DNA of 64,000 nucleotides from Clostridia bacterium (lineage in GTDB: Bacteria; Bacillota; Clostridia; Lutisporales; Lutisporaceae): positions 413 to 64,412 of the forward strand of contig DASPLL010000087.1 in the NCBI GenBank assembly GCA_035627615.1, written 5' to 3'. Below are positions 38,355 through 48,351 of the stretch, in pieces (the first letter of the stretch is position 1; each line of letters begins with the position of its first letter). A model generated the notes under the pieces. The model had not been told where the DNA came from, did not search any database, and saw only the letters and a list, made by a program, of their open reading frames with translations. The position numbers and the translations under genes were made by a program.

Positions 38355-40124
38355 ATGCTTTTCTCAGAAGATAAGATTTCTGAGATAATAGAAAAAAACG
38401 ATATAGTGGATGTTATCTCGGAATATATGACTTTAAAGAGAAGCGGTAATAACTATGGGGCTTTATGCCCTTTTCATTCCGAAAAAACACCATCCTTCAG
38501 TGTGTCATCCTCGAAGCAGATATTCAATTGCTTTGGATGCGGTGTTGGAGGTAACGTAATAACTTTTATACAGAAAATCGAAAAAATTGGCTTTGTAGAA
38601 GCGGTAAAGCTGCTTGCAGAGAGAGCCGGTGTACAGCTTGAAGAGGAGAAGGATCCGAAGCAGCTGGAAAAGGCTAAGCTGCAGAAAGCCTTATATAAGG
38701 CGAATACTGAAGCGGCAAGGTTTTTCTACAGCAATCTCAATGCAAATGATAAAGCTTTGGAGTACCTCAGAAGAAGAGGTCTCAGCGAGACGATAATAAA
38801 GAGATTCGGTCTGGGATTCGCGCCGGATAAATGGCATGAGATGATGGACTTCATGAAAAGGAAAGGCTTCAATACTGAACTGTTATATAAGGCAGGACTT
38901 ATTGTTAAGAACAAGGATGGAGAAAAATACTACGACAAGTTCAGAAACAGGATAATGTTCCCCATAATAGATCTTAAGGGAAATGTCATTGCTTTCGGAG
39001 GAAGGGTTACTGATGATTCAAAGCCTAAATACCTGAACTCGCCGGATACTCCTGTTTTTAACAAAGGTTATAATATTTACGGCCTCAATTTTGTGAAAAG
39101 AGTACAAAACCTTGAGAATATAATAGTAGTTGAAGGCTACATGGATGCAATCGCTTTGCATCAATTCGGAGTGGACAATGCTGTCGCTTCCCTTGGAACA
39201 GCCTTTACAGAAAATCAGGCCAAACTTTTAAAGCGTTTTTCCAATGAGATAATCATATCCTATGATTCCGACCTGGCGGGACAAACTGCCACGATGAAGG
39301 GATTATCCATACTGGAGAAACAGGGCTGTGTCGTAAAGGTACTGAGCCTGCCGACCGGCAAGGATCCTGATGAGTACATCAGAAAGGAAGGCATAGATGC
39401 CTTCCGGGATAGAATAAAGAAGAGCATTTCACTTATTGAATACAAGATAGAAAATTTTAAAAGAGGTTTGGACATAAATAACATACAGGACAGAATAAAA
39501 TTTACAAAGGGCTTTTCCGAAATCCTGAAGGATGTTGAAAGCAACGTTGAAGTGGATGCTTATATTAAGAAGTATTCAAAAACAATGCAGGTCAACGAGA
39601 CGGCACTTTATGCAGAGCTTAACAGACTCAGGGATGAGAATAAAAATGGAAATAATAAACATAATATATTAAATATTAATAAAAACGATTTGGAATTGAA
39701 AAAGGGTGAAGTAACAGCTGAGATTTATCTTTTGAATATATGTATTTATTATTTCAAGAAAGCAGAAAATATTTTTGTGCTTTTAGAACCGGCCGATTTT
39801 TCCAATGCTATACATGTCAAGATAGCCGGAATTATTCAGAAATCGGCCAGGGAGAAAAAGACAATAACAGCAGGTGAAATCATCGGTTTCTTTGAAAATG
39901 ATGAGGAAAAGTCAAAGGTTGCGGAAATCTTTAGCCAAAGGCTGCCTGAAGCAGATATTGACAGCTTGATAAAATCTAGTGTGGAAAAGGTGAAACAATC
40001 AAAATTGGATAGAAGAATTCAGGAACTAATTGAAAAAATGGATGAGATATATAGTGCGGGAGAGATTGATTCAGCCAATAGAATTTTTGTTGAGATTAAA
40101 GAGTTGCAGAAGAAGAAAAGGTAA
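38355..40124 (+). CDS. dnaG: DNA primase
   Basis: ATG 38355 lies 7 nt after AAAGGTGGA (track start GTG 38343). Zinc finger [13 protein letters not shown]...CFGCG and [17 protein letters not shown]. Confidence 0.95.
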   Translation: MLFSEDKISEIIEKNDIVDVISEYMTLKRSGNNYGALCPFHSEKTPSFSVSSSKQIFNCFGCGVGGNVITFIQKIEKIGFVEAVKLLAERAGVQLEEEKDPKQLEKAKLQKALYKANTEAARFFYSNLNANDKALEYLRRRGLSETIIKRFGLGFAPDKWHEMMDFMKRKGFNTELLYKAGLIVKNKDGEKYYDKFRNRIMFPIIDLKGNVIAFGGRVTDDSKPKYLNSPDTPVFNKGYNIYGLNFVKRVQNLENIIVVEGYMDAIALHQFGVDNAVASLGTAFTENQAKLLKRFSNEIIISYDSDLAGQTATMKGLSILEKQGCVVKVLSLPTGKDPDEYIRKEGIDAFRDRIKKSISLIEYKIENFKRGLDINNIQDRIKFTKGFSEILKDVESNVEVDAYIKKYSKTMQVNETALYAELNRLRDENKNGNNKHNILNINKNDLELKKGEVTAEIYLLNICIYYFKKAENIFVLLEPADFSNAIHVKIAGIIQKSAREKKTITAGEIIGFFENDEEKSKVAEIFSQRLPEADIDSLIKSSVEKVKQSKLDRRIQELIEKMDEIYSAGEIDSANRIFVEIKELQKKKR

Positions 40125-40147
40125 TATCCGGAAGGGAGGGGATAACG

Positions 40148-41236
40148 ATGAAAACAGAAGAACTTAAAATGACATATGTAAAAGAGCTGGTTGATAAAGG
40201 CAAGAAAAATGGTTCACTGACATATAAGGAAATAATGGATACCTTTGAAGAAGTTGAGATGGATCCGGAACAGATAGATAAGCTCTATGAATATCTGGAG
40301 ACCAAAGGTATAGATGTTGTTGGTGCGATAGAAAGCGATATGGATATGCCGCCTCTTGATGAGGAAACCGAGGAAGTGGATCTTGATATAAGCATTCCTG
40401 AAGGTATTAGTATAGATGATCCTGTCAGGATGTACCTTAAAGAAATAGGTAAAGTGCCCTTGCTAAGTCCTGAAGAGGAGATTGACCTGGCTGATAAGAT
40501 CAAAAGGAATGATCAGGATGCCAAGAAGAAGCTTACAGAGGCAAACCTCAGGCTGGTAGTCAGCATTGCTAAAAGATATGTAGGAAGAGGAATGTTATTC
40601 CTGGATCTTATTCAGGAAGGGAATCTTGGGCTTATCAAGGCTGTAGAGAAGTTTGACTATACAAAGGGCTTCAAATTCAGCACTTATGCTACCTGGTGGA
40701 TCAGGCAGGCGATCACAAGAGCTATTGCCGACCAGGCAAGGACGATAAGAATACCTGTACACATGGTTGAAACAATTAATAAGCTTATAAGGGTTTCAAG
40801 ACAGCTCCTTCAGGAGCTTGGCAGGGATCCTGTCCCGGAAGAGATTGCAGCTGAAATGGGAATGTCAGAGGATAAGGTGAGGGAGATCATGAAGATAGCT
40901 CAAGAGCCCGTGTCTCTTGAAACCCCTATAGGTGAAGAGGAAGACAGCCATCTGGGAGACTTCATACCCGATGAGGATGCACCTGCACCTGCGGAATCAG
41001 CCGCATTCACATTGCTTAAGGAACAGCTTATGGAAGTACTTGATACATTAACTCCAAGAGAGGAAAAGGTACTAAAGCTGAGATTCGGCCTGGAGGATGG
41101 AAGAGCACGTACTCTGGAGGAAGTAGGAAAAGAGTTCAATGTCACCAGAGAGCGTATCAGACAGATTGAAGCAAAAGCTTTGAGGAAGCTCAGACACCCA
41201 AGCAGAAGTAAAAAGCTCAAGGATTTCCTTGAATAA
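40148..41236 (+). CDS. sigA: Primary RNA polymerase sigma factor
   Basis: Region 2 ([28 protein letters not shown]) and region 4 ([29 protein letters not shown]). Confidence 0.97.
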   Translation: MKTEELKMTYVKELVDKGKKNGSLTYKEIMDTFEEVEMDPEQIDKLYEYLETKGIDVVGAIESDMDMPPLDEETEEVDLDISIPEGISIDDPVRMYLKEIGKVPLLSPEEEIDLADKIKRNDQDAKKKLTEANLRLVVSIAKRYVGRGMLFLDLIQEGNLGLIKAVEKFDYTKGFKFSTYATWWIRQAITRAIADQARTIRIPVHMVETINKLIRVSRQLLQELGRDPVPEEIAAEMGMSEDKVREIMKIAQEPVSLETPIGEEEDSHLGDFIPDEDAPAPAESAAFTLLKEQLMEVLDTLTPREEKVLKLRFGLEDGRARTLEEVGKEFNVTRERIRQIEAKALRKLRHPSRSKKLKDFLE

Positions 41237-41276
41237 AAAAACAGAAAAAAAAACCATACTGCTATGAAATTTACTG

Positions 41277-41305
41277 TTGACTTTCATTATGAAAGTTAGT
41301 AAAAT
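41277..41305 (+). promoter_or_regulatory. Sigma-A promoter candidate for the tRNA pair
   Basis: TTGACT, 17-nt spacer, TAAAAT, about 20 nt upstream of tRNA-Asn. Confidence 0.55.
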
Positions 41306-41325
41306 AATATTTGTCAGTTTGAGAT

Positions 41326-41401
41326 TCCTCAATAGCTCAGTCGGTAGAGCATGCGGCTGTTAACCGCAGGGTCGTTGGTTCGAGTCCAACTTGGGGAGCC
41401 A
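41326..41401 (+). tRNA. tRNA-Asn (GTT)
   Basis: Hand-folded cloverleaf: acceptor tcctcaa/ttgggga, D stem gctc/gagc, anticodon stem tgcgg/ccgca with loop ctGTTaa, T arm gttgg-ttcgagt-ccaac, and encoded CCA. Confidence 0.92.
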
Positions 41402-41405
41402 TTCT

Positions 41406-41482
41406 GGGCCTTTAGCTCAGTTGGTTAGAGCAACCGGCTCATAACCGGTTGGTCCGGGGTTCGAGTCCCTGAAGGCCCACCA
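41406..41482 (+). tRNA. tRNA with CAT anticodon (elongator type; tRNA-Ile2/lysidine or tRNA-Met)
   Basis: Acceptor gggcctt/aaggccc (G1-C72, so not an initiator), D arm agctcagttggttagagc, anticodon stem accgg/ccggt with loop ctCATaa, T arm cgggg-ttcgagt-ccctg, and CCA. Confidence 0.9.
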
Positions 41483-41496
41483 TTATGATAATAATT

Positions 41497-41530
41497 AACC
41501 TGATACACATTGGTATCAGGTTTTTATTTA
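41497..41530. terminator. Terminator after the tRNA pair, possibly bidirectional with the small minus-strand ORF
   Basis: Stem aacctgatac / gtatcaggtt followed by tttattt. Confidence 0.8.
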
Positions 41531-41533
41531 TGT

Positions 41534-41725
41534 CTAGGTGTTCCCTCCACTTGGAGGTGTTTTTATGTCACTCTCACAGTCCTGCTTTTCTATCACACTA
41601 TTGATTACCTGCATGGTGTCAAGCTGATTGGACAGCTTTTCTGCTTCATCCTCCCATTCTTTAGTTGTTCCTCCCCAATTGAACTTCTGTATTACTTCAG
41701 GCTTCATATGAATTTTCTTTTTCAT
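41534..41725 (-). CDS. Small hypothetical protein (63 aa)
   Basis: ATG 41725 lies 8 nt after AAGGGAG (track start 41779 has no RBS). MKKKIHMKPEVIQKFNWGGTTKEWEDEAEKLSNQL... I recognise no family. Confidence 0.45.
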   Translation of the reverse strand: MKKKIHMKPEVIQKFNWGGTTKEWEDEAEKLSNQLDTMQVINSVIEKQDCESDIKTPPSGGNT

Positions 41726-41845
41726 TAGTGTCACTCCCTTATATAATTCGCGAAAACAATATAGGTTTATTTTTCTCAATTTATAATAAAAAAATCAATA
41801 AAGTGTAGTATAATAAATAAGAAGATTTTTCAAGAAAAAGATAGG

Positions 41846-42547
41846 ATGATGAATTTGATACTTTCACCAAGACTGAAAATTATAGCGGATAGCATACAGG
41901 GCTTTGATACTGTTGCCGATATCGGGTCAGATCATGCATATCTTCCGATATACCTGGCCGGTAACGGAATGGTGAGAAGCGCTATTGCGACTGATGTGAA
42001 CAGTGGTCCTGTGAAGATATCAAAGGAAAGACTAAAAAGCTATGGCGTCGATGCAAGGGTCAGTGTGCGCCAGGGAGACGGACTCCGGGCTATAAAGCCG
42101 GGGGAAGCAGAAGTTATTGTCATTGCAGGTATGGGAGGTATTCTGATCAGGGATATATTGGAAAAGGGTACCAGGGTCGCTCAAAGTGCAAGGCTGTTGA
42201 TCCTGCAACCTATGAGGGACTCGGATATAGTAAGGAAATGGCTGCTTGAAAACAGCTTTCACATAAAGGATGAAGAGCTTGTGAAGGAGCAGGACAGGAT
42301 ATATGAGGTACTTTGGGCAGTGCCTGCAGCTAAGGCGGGAAAGGCGGAGGGATTTATGCTTGTAGGCGACAGGATAATAGAGAAGAAGCATCCTCTGACC
42401 GCTGAATATATAGATAAAAAAATAGGTGAACTGGAAAAGGTGATAGCTGCCTTGAAGAACATGGACACAGAAAACTGCAGGGAAAGAAATGAAGAATGCA
42501 ATGCGCTGATCAATTACTACAGGGAGGTGCTGAAATGGGTACGGTAA
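41846..42547 (+). CDS. trmK: tRNA (adenine22-N1)-methyltransferase
   Basis: LSPRLKIIADSI...VADIGSDHAYLPIYL is the TrmK signature. Confidence 0.88.
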   Translation: MMNLILSPRLKIIADSIQGFDTVADIGSDHAYLPIYLAGNGMVRSAIATDVNSGPVKISKERLKSYGVDARVSVRQGDGLRAIKPGEAEVIVIAGMGGILIRDILEKGTRVAQSARLLILQPMRDSDIVRKWLLENSFHIKDEELVKEQDRIYEVLWAVPAAKAGKAEGFMLVGDRIIEKKHPLTAEYIDKKIGELEKVIAALKNMDTENCRERNEECNALINYYREVLKWVR

Positions 42548-43656
42548 AATGCCAGACAGTGGCAGGCATATTGGATGAATTGGCTCCCAAAAGACTGGCT
42601 GAGAATTGGGACAATGTAGGCCTTCTTGTGGGGGACGGCAGGCAGAAGATAAAGAAAGTCATGGTGTGCCTTGATGCACCGGAATGGGTAGTTGAAGAAG
42701 CAGTTGAAAAGGACGTGGATATGATAGTATCGCACCATCCTTTGATTTTTAACGGGATTAAAAGGGTGAACACAGATACTGCCACAGGGAGGAAGCTATT
42801 GAAGCTCATAAAGAACAACATAGCCTTATACTGCCTTCATACCAATTATGACATTACAGCAGGAGGCTTGAATGATATATTTGCAAAAGAGCTGGGTTTT
42901 ACAGATTCAAAGGTGATGGAAGAGACATACAGGGAGAAGCTTTTCAAGCTTGTTGTTTATGTGCCCGCAGGATATGAGGATAAGGTGATGGATGCAATGT
43001 GCAGCGCAGGGGCGGGCTACATAGGAAAATACAGCAGCTGTACCTTCAGAACAAAGGGAATAGGTACCTTTGAGCCCCAGGAGGGAGCAAAACCGTTTAC
43101 AGGAGTTCAGGGCAGGCTGGAGAGCACGGAGGAATTCAGGGTTGAGACCATAGTGCCTGAAAAGCTGTTGAACAAGGTCATAAAGGAAATGCTCAATGCT
43201 CATCCTTATGAAGAAGCAGCTTATGACATATATGAAACAAAAAATGAAGGCCGTGTTATGGGGCTTGGGAGGATCGCAGAGCTTGAAAACGAAACAACGC
43301 TTTCAATGTATGCAGAGATTGTGAAGACCTCGCTTGGCGCTGATCATGTAAGATTTGCCGGTGATCCCAACAGGCCGATAAAAAAGGTTGCACTTTTGAA
43401 CGGCTCAGGAAGCAAGTACATAAACAACGCCAGATTTGCAGGTGCCGATGTGCTGGTAACCGGAGATATGCAGTACCATGGGATCCTGGATGCTCTGGAA
43501 ATGGGACTGTGTATAATTGATGCAGGTCACTATGCTACCGAGAAGATAATGATAAAGTATATAGCTGAGTATTTGAAAGGAAAATTTCAAGAGTTGAAGC
43601 TTGATGCGGAGGTTGTTGAATCAAGCTCAAATACTGAATTATTAAGGATTCTGTAG
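42535..43656 (+). CDS. Nif3-family dinuclear metal-centre protein (YqfO-like)
   Basis: ATG 42535 follows GGGAGGTG and overlaps the trmK stop by 13 nt. AENWDNVGLLVGD ... VSHHPLIF ... TGDMQYH. Confidence 0.88.
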   Translation: MGTVKCQTVAGILDELAPKRLAENWDNVGLLVGDGRQKIKKVMVCLDAPEWVVEEAVEKDVDMIVSHHPLIFNGIKRVNTDTATGRKLLKLIKNNIALYCLHTNYDITAGGLNDIFAKELGFTDSKVMEETYREKLFKLVVYVPAGYEDKVMDAMCSAGAGYIGKYSSCTFRTKGIGTFEPQEGAKPFTGVQGRLESTEEFRVETIVPEKLLNKVIKEMLNAHPYEEAAYDIYETKNEGRVMGLGRIAELENETTLSMYAEIVKTSLGADHVRFAGDPNRPIKKVALLNGSGSKYINNARFAGADVLVTGDMQYHGILDALEMGLCIIDAGHYATEKIMIKYIAEYLKGKFQELKLDAEVVESSSNTELLRIL

Positions 43657-43716
43657 GAATGGTTTTACTATTCCTATTTTTTATTTTATATTTAATATAA
43701 GCAAGGAGATGGTTCG

Positions 43717-44427
43717 ATGAATCTGCCATTACTTTACAAGCTGCAGGATCTGCACAAGGAAATGGATATAATCAGCAAAAAGCTCAAAGAGCTGCATGAG
43801 GCCAGGGATTTAAAAAAGCTCAGGGAAGAATACCAGAGACTCAGGGAGCAATATGATGAATACGAGGTAAAACTCAAGAAGAATGCTTACCGGCAGGAGA
43901 CACGGAATAACGAAATAAAGAACCTGGAATATAATAAGAAGACCTGTGAGGGGATAAAGTTCAGCAGAGAGACAGACACAGTAAAAAAATTGGAAACTAT
44001 TGAAAAGCAGCTTGAAAAGGTTGAGGAAAAGCGGCAAGAGGCAGAAAATGACATTATAGAGCTTATTAATGAAGCAGATAATATCAATAAGGAGCTTACT
44101 GAAACGAAAAAGCGCATGGCATTTATTAAGAAAAAATATCTGAACAGTAAGGAAAGTACTGAAAAACTGCTGGAGGAGCTGCAAGCACAAAAATCAGAGC
44201 TGGACCCCAAAATTGAAAGCATAATAAAAGAGGTCGATAAGGAAAGCTATGAAATGTACAGCAGACTGTTAAAAGCACATTCTGATCCTGTTGCCCGGGT
44301 GGAAGGTCATAAATGCAGCGGCTGCAAAATGGAAGTGTCCGATATGGATTACGAAGCCTTGAAAAGCGGCAGCGACCATATGAGATGCCAAAGCTGCGGA
44401 AGGCTTCTGTATTACAGCAGGCCGTAA
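43717..44427 (+). CDS. Coiled-coil / C4 zinc-ribbon protein (COG1579, DUF164-like)
   Basis: Long heptad-rich region followed by a C-terminal CSGCKM...CQSCGRLLY zinc ribbon. Confidence 0.8.
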   Translation: MNLPLLYKLQDLHKEMDIISKKLKELHEARDLKKLREEYQRLREQYDEYEVKLKKNAYRQETRNNEIKNLEYNKKTCEGIKFSRETDTVKKLETIEKQLEKVEEKRQEAENDIIELINEADNINKELTETKKRMAFIKKKYLNSKESTEKLLEELQAQKSELDPKIESIIKEVDKESYEMYSRLLKAHSDPVARVEGHKCSGCKMEVSDMDYEALKSGSDHMRCQSCGRLLYYSRP

Positions 44428-44573
44428 TGCGGTGTTTCATAATGTATTGCTGGTAAACCGACGTGGTATTTACATAACAGCTATATATATCATGTTGACT
44501 GTAGTGTACTTTGGTTATATAATAAGTATCTAGTGATTATTAACACAACAACTTTTAAAATTGAATAATTTAT

Positions 44574-44941
44574 GAGTAAGCCAGATGATCGCGTGTGCAG
44601 CAATGCATACGAGGAAAGTCCGGGCTCCAGAGGGCAGGGTGCCGGGTAATCCCCGGTGGAGGCGACTCCAAGGATAGTGCAACAGAGATATACCGCGAAA
44701 CAGCAGACTCAGGTCTGCTGCCGCAAGGGTGGAAAGGCGAGGTAAGAGCTCACCAGCGGTTAGGTAACTAACCGGCTATGTAAACCCCACCTGGAGCAAG
44801 ACCAAATAGAGAGGCAGCTGAAGCGAAAGCTTCGGCAGGAACTGCCCGTTCCGCCTCCGGGTAAGGTCGCTTGAGCTTGTCGGTGACGGCAAGCCTAGAT
44901 AGATGATCGTCCAATACAGAACCCGGCTTATAGACTTGCTC
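44574..44941 (+). ncRNA. rnpB: RNase P RNA (bacterial, probably type A)
   Basis: Universal motifs GAGGAAAGTCCGGGCTCC and ACAGAACCCGGCTTAT. P1 pairing gagtaag / cttgctc. GGTAAGAGCTCACCAG (P11-P12 region). Confidence 0.93.
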
Positions 44942-44953
44942 GTAAAAAACATC

Positions 44954-44986
44954 AAAAACACCAGCTTTTAAGGCTGGTGTTTTTGC
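44954..44986 (+). terminator. Rho-independent terminator after rnpB
   Basis: Stem acaccagc / gctggtgt followed by tttt. Confidence 0.8.
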
Positions 44987-45214
44987 ATATAAAATTCATA
45001 TTTCTGCTTATACATTGTTGCGGAGCTCTTCACCGCTAACAGAATTAATGAACAATTTTAAAAATTTCTAAAAAAATAAAAATTAAGAAGGAATTTTGAT
45101 AAATTAATAGAATATATATTAGCAAAATGAAATATGATATATGACAAAAATTTATCATATCATATACCGCAAACTGAGTAAAGCCAATACATTTGGCATT
45201 TTATTTTAATAATA

Positions 45215-45232
45215 AATGTAAACGATTACATT
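45215..45232. promoter_or_regulatory. LacI-family / cre-type operator upstream of the LacI-family gene
   Basis: aaTGTAAACGATTACAtt forms 8 of 9 palindromic pairs and fits TGWAANCGNTNWCA. It lies about 30 nt upstream of the start codon. Confidence 0.6.
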
Positions 45233-45264
45233 ATGACGCACAATACTACTCTTAGGAGGAAAAG

Positions 45265-46257
45265 ATGACTACTATAGAGGAAGTTGCAAAAAAAGCGAAG
45301 GTTTCGACAGCTACAGTATCGCGGGTGATAAATAAAAACGGGCCGGTATCGGAAAAAACCAGGCAGAAGGTTATGAAGACCATAGATCAGCTTGGGTATG
45401 CACCTAATACACTGGCCAGAAATTTCAGGACAAGAAAGACGAACACCATTATTACGGTCCTGCATGATATTTGCAACCCTGTAATGGCAGAGATGATAAA
45501 GGGCATGGAGGATGTGGCCTATAAGAATGATTACTGCCTGCTTATAGGAAACTCAGGAAGTAATCCCGACAGGGCGATGGATTATATAAAGGCTTTACGG
45601 GAGAAAAAAGCTGATGGTGTTATCTTTATCACCCCCAGAATAAATGAGGACACAATAATCGAAATAAACAAAGTGGTTCCTGTTGTCCTCGTAAGTGACT
45701 ATATAGAAAACTCACACATACCGTCGGTACGGGTGGATGATTATAATGCTGCATATAAGATGACAGAGTATCTGATAAATAACAGCCATAAAAAGATCGC
45801 ATATATTGCAGGACCGCAGAATATAAGGATCGCTGCAGACCGGCTCAAAGGTTTCAAAGCAGCCCTGGAGGATCACAGGTTGAATTATGACGGCAGTCTG
45901 GTTATCATGGACAATTCCTCCTTTGAGGATGGCTACAGGTCGATGGGGGAAATACTTTCAAACACTGATGTTCCGGTTTCAGTAGTGGTATACAATGATG
46001 AAACTGCCATAGGTGCTTTGGAGTATGCCAAGGAAAAGGGCTACAGGATACCGGAGGAGATTGCTGTTGCAGGGTTTGACAATATTGGCATGGCAGGTCT
46101 GGTAAAACCAAGATTGACGACTGTGAATCAGCCCAAGTACGAGATCGGTGCGATGTCAATGGAAATTATGCTGGGAATGCTGCAGGGAATGAAACCGGAA
46201 TGTGAGGACAATATACTGGATTACCAGCTTATTATAAGGGAAAGTTGTGAGCTCTAA
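45265..46257 (+). CDS. LacI-family transcriptional regulator
   Basis: N-terminal HTH TIEEVAKKAKVSTATVSRVINKNG and a periplasmic-binding-fold effector domain. Confidence 0.92.
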   Translation: MTTIEEVAKKAKVSTATVSRVINKNGPVSEKTRQKVMKTIDQLGYAPNTLARNFRTRKTNTIITVLHDICNPVMAEMIKGMEDVAYKNDYCLLIGNSGSNPDRAMDYIKALREKKADGVIFITPRINEDTIIEINKVVPVVLVSDYIENSHIPSVRVDDYNAAYKMTEYLINNSHKKIAYIAGPQNIRIAADRLKGFKAALEDHRLNYDGSLVIMDNSSFEDGYRSMGEILSNTDVPVSVVVYNDETAIGALEYAKEKGYRIPEEIAVAGFDNIGMAGLVKPRLTTVNQPKYEIGAMSMEIMLGMLQGMKPECEDNILDYQLIIRESCEL

Positions 46258-46348
46258 CGCCTGGAGGCGTTTAGATAAAATAATACATTTCGCATAATTG
46301 TTGTATTCAGAATTATTGCTGCAAATGTAATGAAAGGGACGATGTCTA

Positions 46349-46972
46349 TTGATAAAGGCTATTCTGTTTGATTTTGACGGTACCTTGGTAGACTCCATGG
46401 GAGACCTGGCGGATATCGCAGCTGATGTGATCCTGAAGCATTACAAGCTTTCGAGGGACTACGGGAAAATGCTGTATAGGCTGACCTCCGGACTTCCCTT
46501 TTGCAGGCAGATTGAGATGATGTTCTGCGACTGTGAGAGAAACAAACTTGCTGTGGATGAATTTGAAACCCGTAAGAAGGAGAATTTCAAAGAACACAGG
46601 CTTTTTGACGATACGATCGAAACTATCGGATATCTAAGGGGAAAAGGGTATATGACAATAATCTCTTCAAATAATTTCAAGGAAGTTATAGAAGATTATT
46701 TAAATCCCAGAGGTTTGAAGGTTGATGAGGTTCTGGGCTTTAGCGGAGGGTTATCCAAAGGGAGAAGTCATGTTGAATATATCAGCGGCAGGTATGGCTT
46801 TAAAAAGGATGAAATAATTCTGGTTGGGGATTCCTTGAAGGATGCTGAGCTGGCAAAGGAATGCGGCATCGGGTTTATCGGGAAGACAGGCTTGAATTCA
46901 AAAGAAGGTTTTCTTGAAATATACCCGATGAAAACTATAGACAATCTTTCAGAGTTGAAGGATATCCTGTAA
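46349..46972 (+). CDS. HAD-superfamily hydrolase (subfamily IA, phosphatase-like)
   Basis: TTG start. Motif I ILFDFDGTLVDS and motif IV VGDSLKDAELA. Confidence 0.8.
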   Translation: MIKAILFDFDGTLVDSMGDLADIAADVILKHYKLSRDYGKMLYRLTSGLPFCRQIEMMFCDCERNKLAVDEFETRKKENFKEHRLFDDTIETIGYLRGKGYMTIISSNNFKEVIEDYLNPRGLKVDEVLGFSGGLSKGRSHVEYISGRYGFKKDEIILVGDSLKDAELAKECGIGFIGKTGLNSKEGFLEIYPMKTIDNLSELKDIL

Positions 46973-47192
46973 GAATGTATACGCCCATACGTCTGCTATA
47001 TAAGCTTTCAATTACAGGTTTCTGGATTACCGCATAGACCGTACTGACAATTGTATGTTGCATCAGGCAGGCGAAAATGAATGGTTGCTGTTATCTGCAG
47101 ATGGCTGTCACGGATGTGATGTAGGATGGATAGTGCGGTTTATCAAGTTGTAATCTGAAAATAAAAAATCTTATAACAAGAAGGGGGATAAC

Positions 47193-48284
47193 ATGAAAAA
47201 AAGTTTATTCAGAGTATTAAGCCTGGTTGTAGTTCTTGTAATGGTGGTAGCTGCTTTCGCAGGCTGTGCAAAGCAAGAGGCTCCCGCTCCTGCAGCTGCC
47301 GATGCGCAGCCACAGGAAGAACAAAAACCCAAGTCCGACACACTGACAATGTATTCAGCATTGGACGAAGCGGAGATACTGGTGTATCTGGAAAACTTTA
47401 CTAAAGCTACTGGAATTAAAGTCAACTATGTAAGGTTATCAGCCGGAGAGATAATGACAAGAGTTACTGCAGAAAAGGATAATCCCCAGGCAAGCATATG
47501 GTTCGGGGGACCATCTGATACTCATGTTGCAGCCGGCAATGCAGGTTTATTGGAAAAATATGAATCTGCCAATGTTGCAAAGATACCTGAAACATACAGG
47601 GACAAACAGGGCTTCTGGTCTCCCATATATGTTGGTGCTATAGGTTTTGCATGCAACAGGGACTGGTTTGAAAAGAAGAATATAGCATATCCTGAATCCT
47701 GGGAAGACCTTTTAAAACCGGAGTTTGACAATCAGGTATCAGTTGCGCACCCTGGCTCTTCCGGTACGGCATATACCATTCTTGCGACTATGGTACAGCT
47801 TAAGGGCGAAGACGCAGCTTTCGAATATATGAAAAAGCTGCACAACAATATAATTCAGTACACAAAATCCGGTTCAGCACCTGCAAAGAATGCTGCTATC
47901 GGAGAGGCTGCAATCGGTTTAGCCTTCGCACATGACATCCTCAGGATAAGAAATTCAGAAGGATATCCAATTGAGCTGAAGTTCCCGAACGACGGAACAG
48001 GCTATGAAATCGGCGGAGTATCTCTCATAAAGAATGGTATTGCCGGTGAAGAGGACAATGCCAGAAAGTTCATCGATTGGGTAACAGATGTGCAGGCACA
48101 GGAACTGTCAGCAGTAACTAAGTCCTACAGACTTCCTGTAAATGTGGATTCAAAAGCTCCGGAAGGTGCCGTGACATTAAATGACCTCAAAACTATCAAT
48201 TATGACAACGTATGGGCAGGAGAAAACAGGAAAAGACTGGTAGAAAAGTTCAGTGCTGATATAGCTTCAACCCCAAGCAACTAA
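47193..48284 (+). CDS. ABC transporter substrate-binding lipoprotein (Fbp/Afu-type, family 1)
   Basis: Signal peptide with lipobox FAGC, then a low-complexity linker and an SBP fold (TMYSALDE...IWFGGPSD...). Confidence 0.85.
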   Translation: MKKSLFRVLSLVVVLVMVVAAFAGCAKQEAPAPAAADAQPQEEQKPKSDTLTMYSALDEAEILVYLENFTKATGIKVNYVRLSAGEIMTRVTAEKDNPQASIWFGGPSDTHVAAGNAGLLEKYESANVAKIPETYRDKQGFWSPIYVGAIGFACNRDWFEKKNIAYPESWEDLLKPEFDNQVSVAHPGSSGTAYTILATMVQLKGEDAAFEYMKKLHNNIIQYTKSGSAPAKNAAIGEAAIGLAFAHDILRIRNSEGYPIELKFPNDGTGYEIGGVSLIKNGIAGEEDNARKFIDWVTDVQAQELSAVTKSYRLPVNVDSKAPEGAVTLNDLKTINYDNVWAGENRKRLVEKFSADIASTPSN

Positions 48285-48351
48285 TCATCAGGATTTTTCA
48301 GGGGTGTCAAGTGCTGCTTGCACCCCTGAAATTATACAAGGAGAATAGTAT

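Noticed and set aside
44776-44961. 61-aa minus-strand ORF
   Set aside because: It lies entirely within and antisense to RNase P RNA.
47068-47166. 32-codon ORF (MLHQAGENEWLLLSADGCHGCDVGWIVRFIKL) upstream of the ABC operon
   Set aside because: It has no Shine-Dalgarno sequence and no recognisable family. It is mentioned only within the leader finding.
46973-47192. Possible TPP, cobalamin or c-di-GMP riboswitch upstream of the ABC importer
   Set aside because: I could not find the invariant motifs (CTGAGA / ACCTGATCTGGATAATGCCAGC for TPP, the GCCACTG B12 box, or GEMM-type tetraloop-receptor features).
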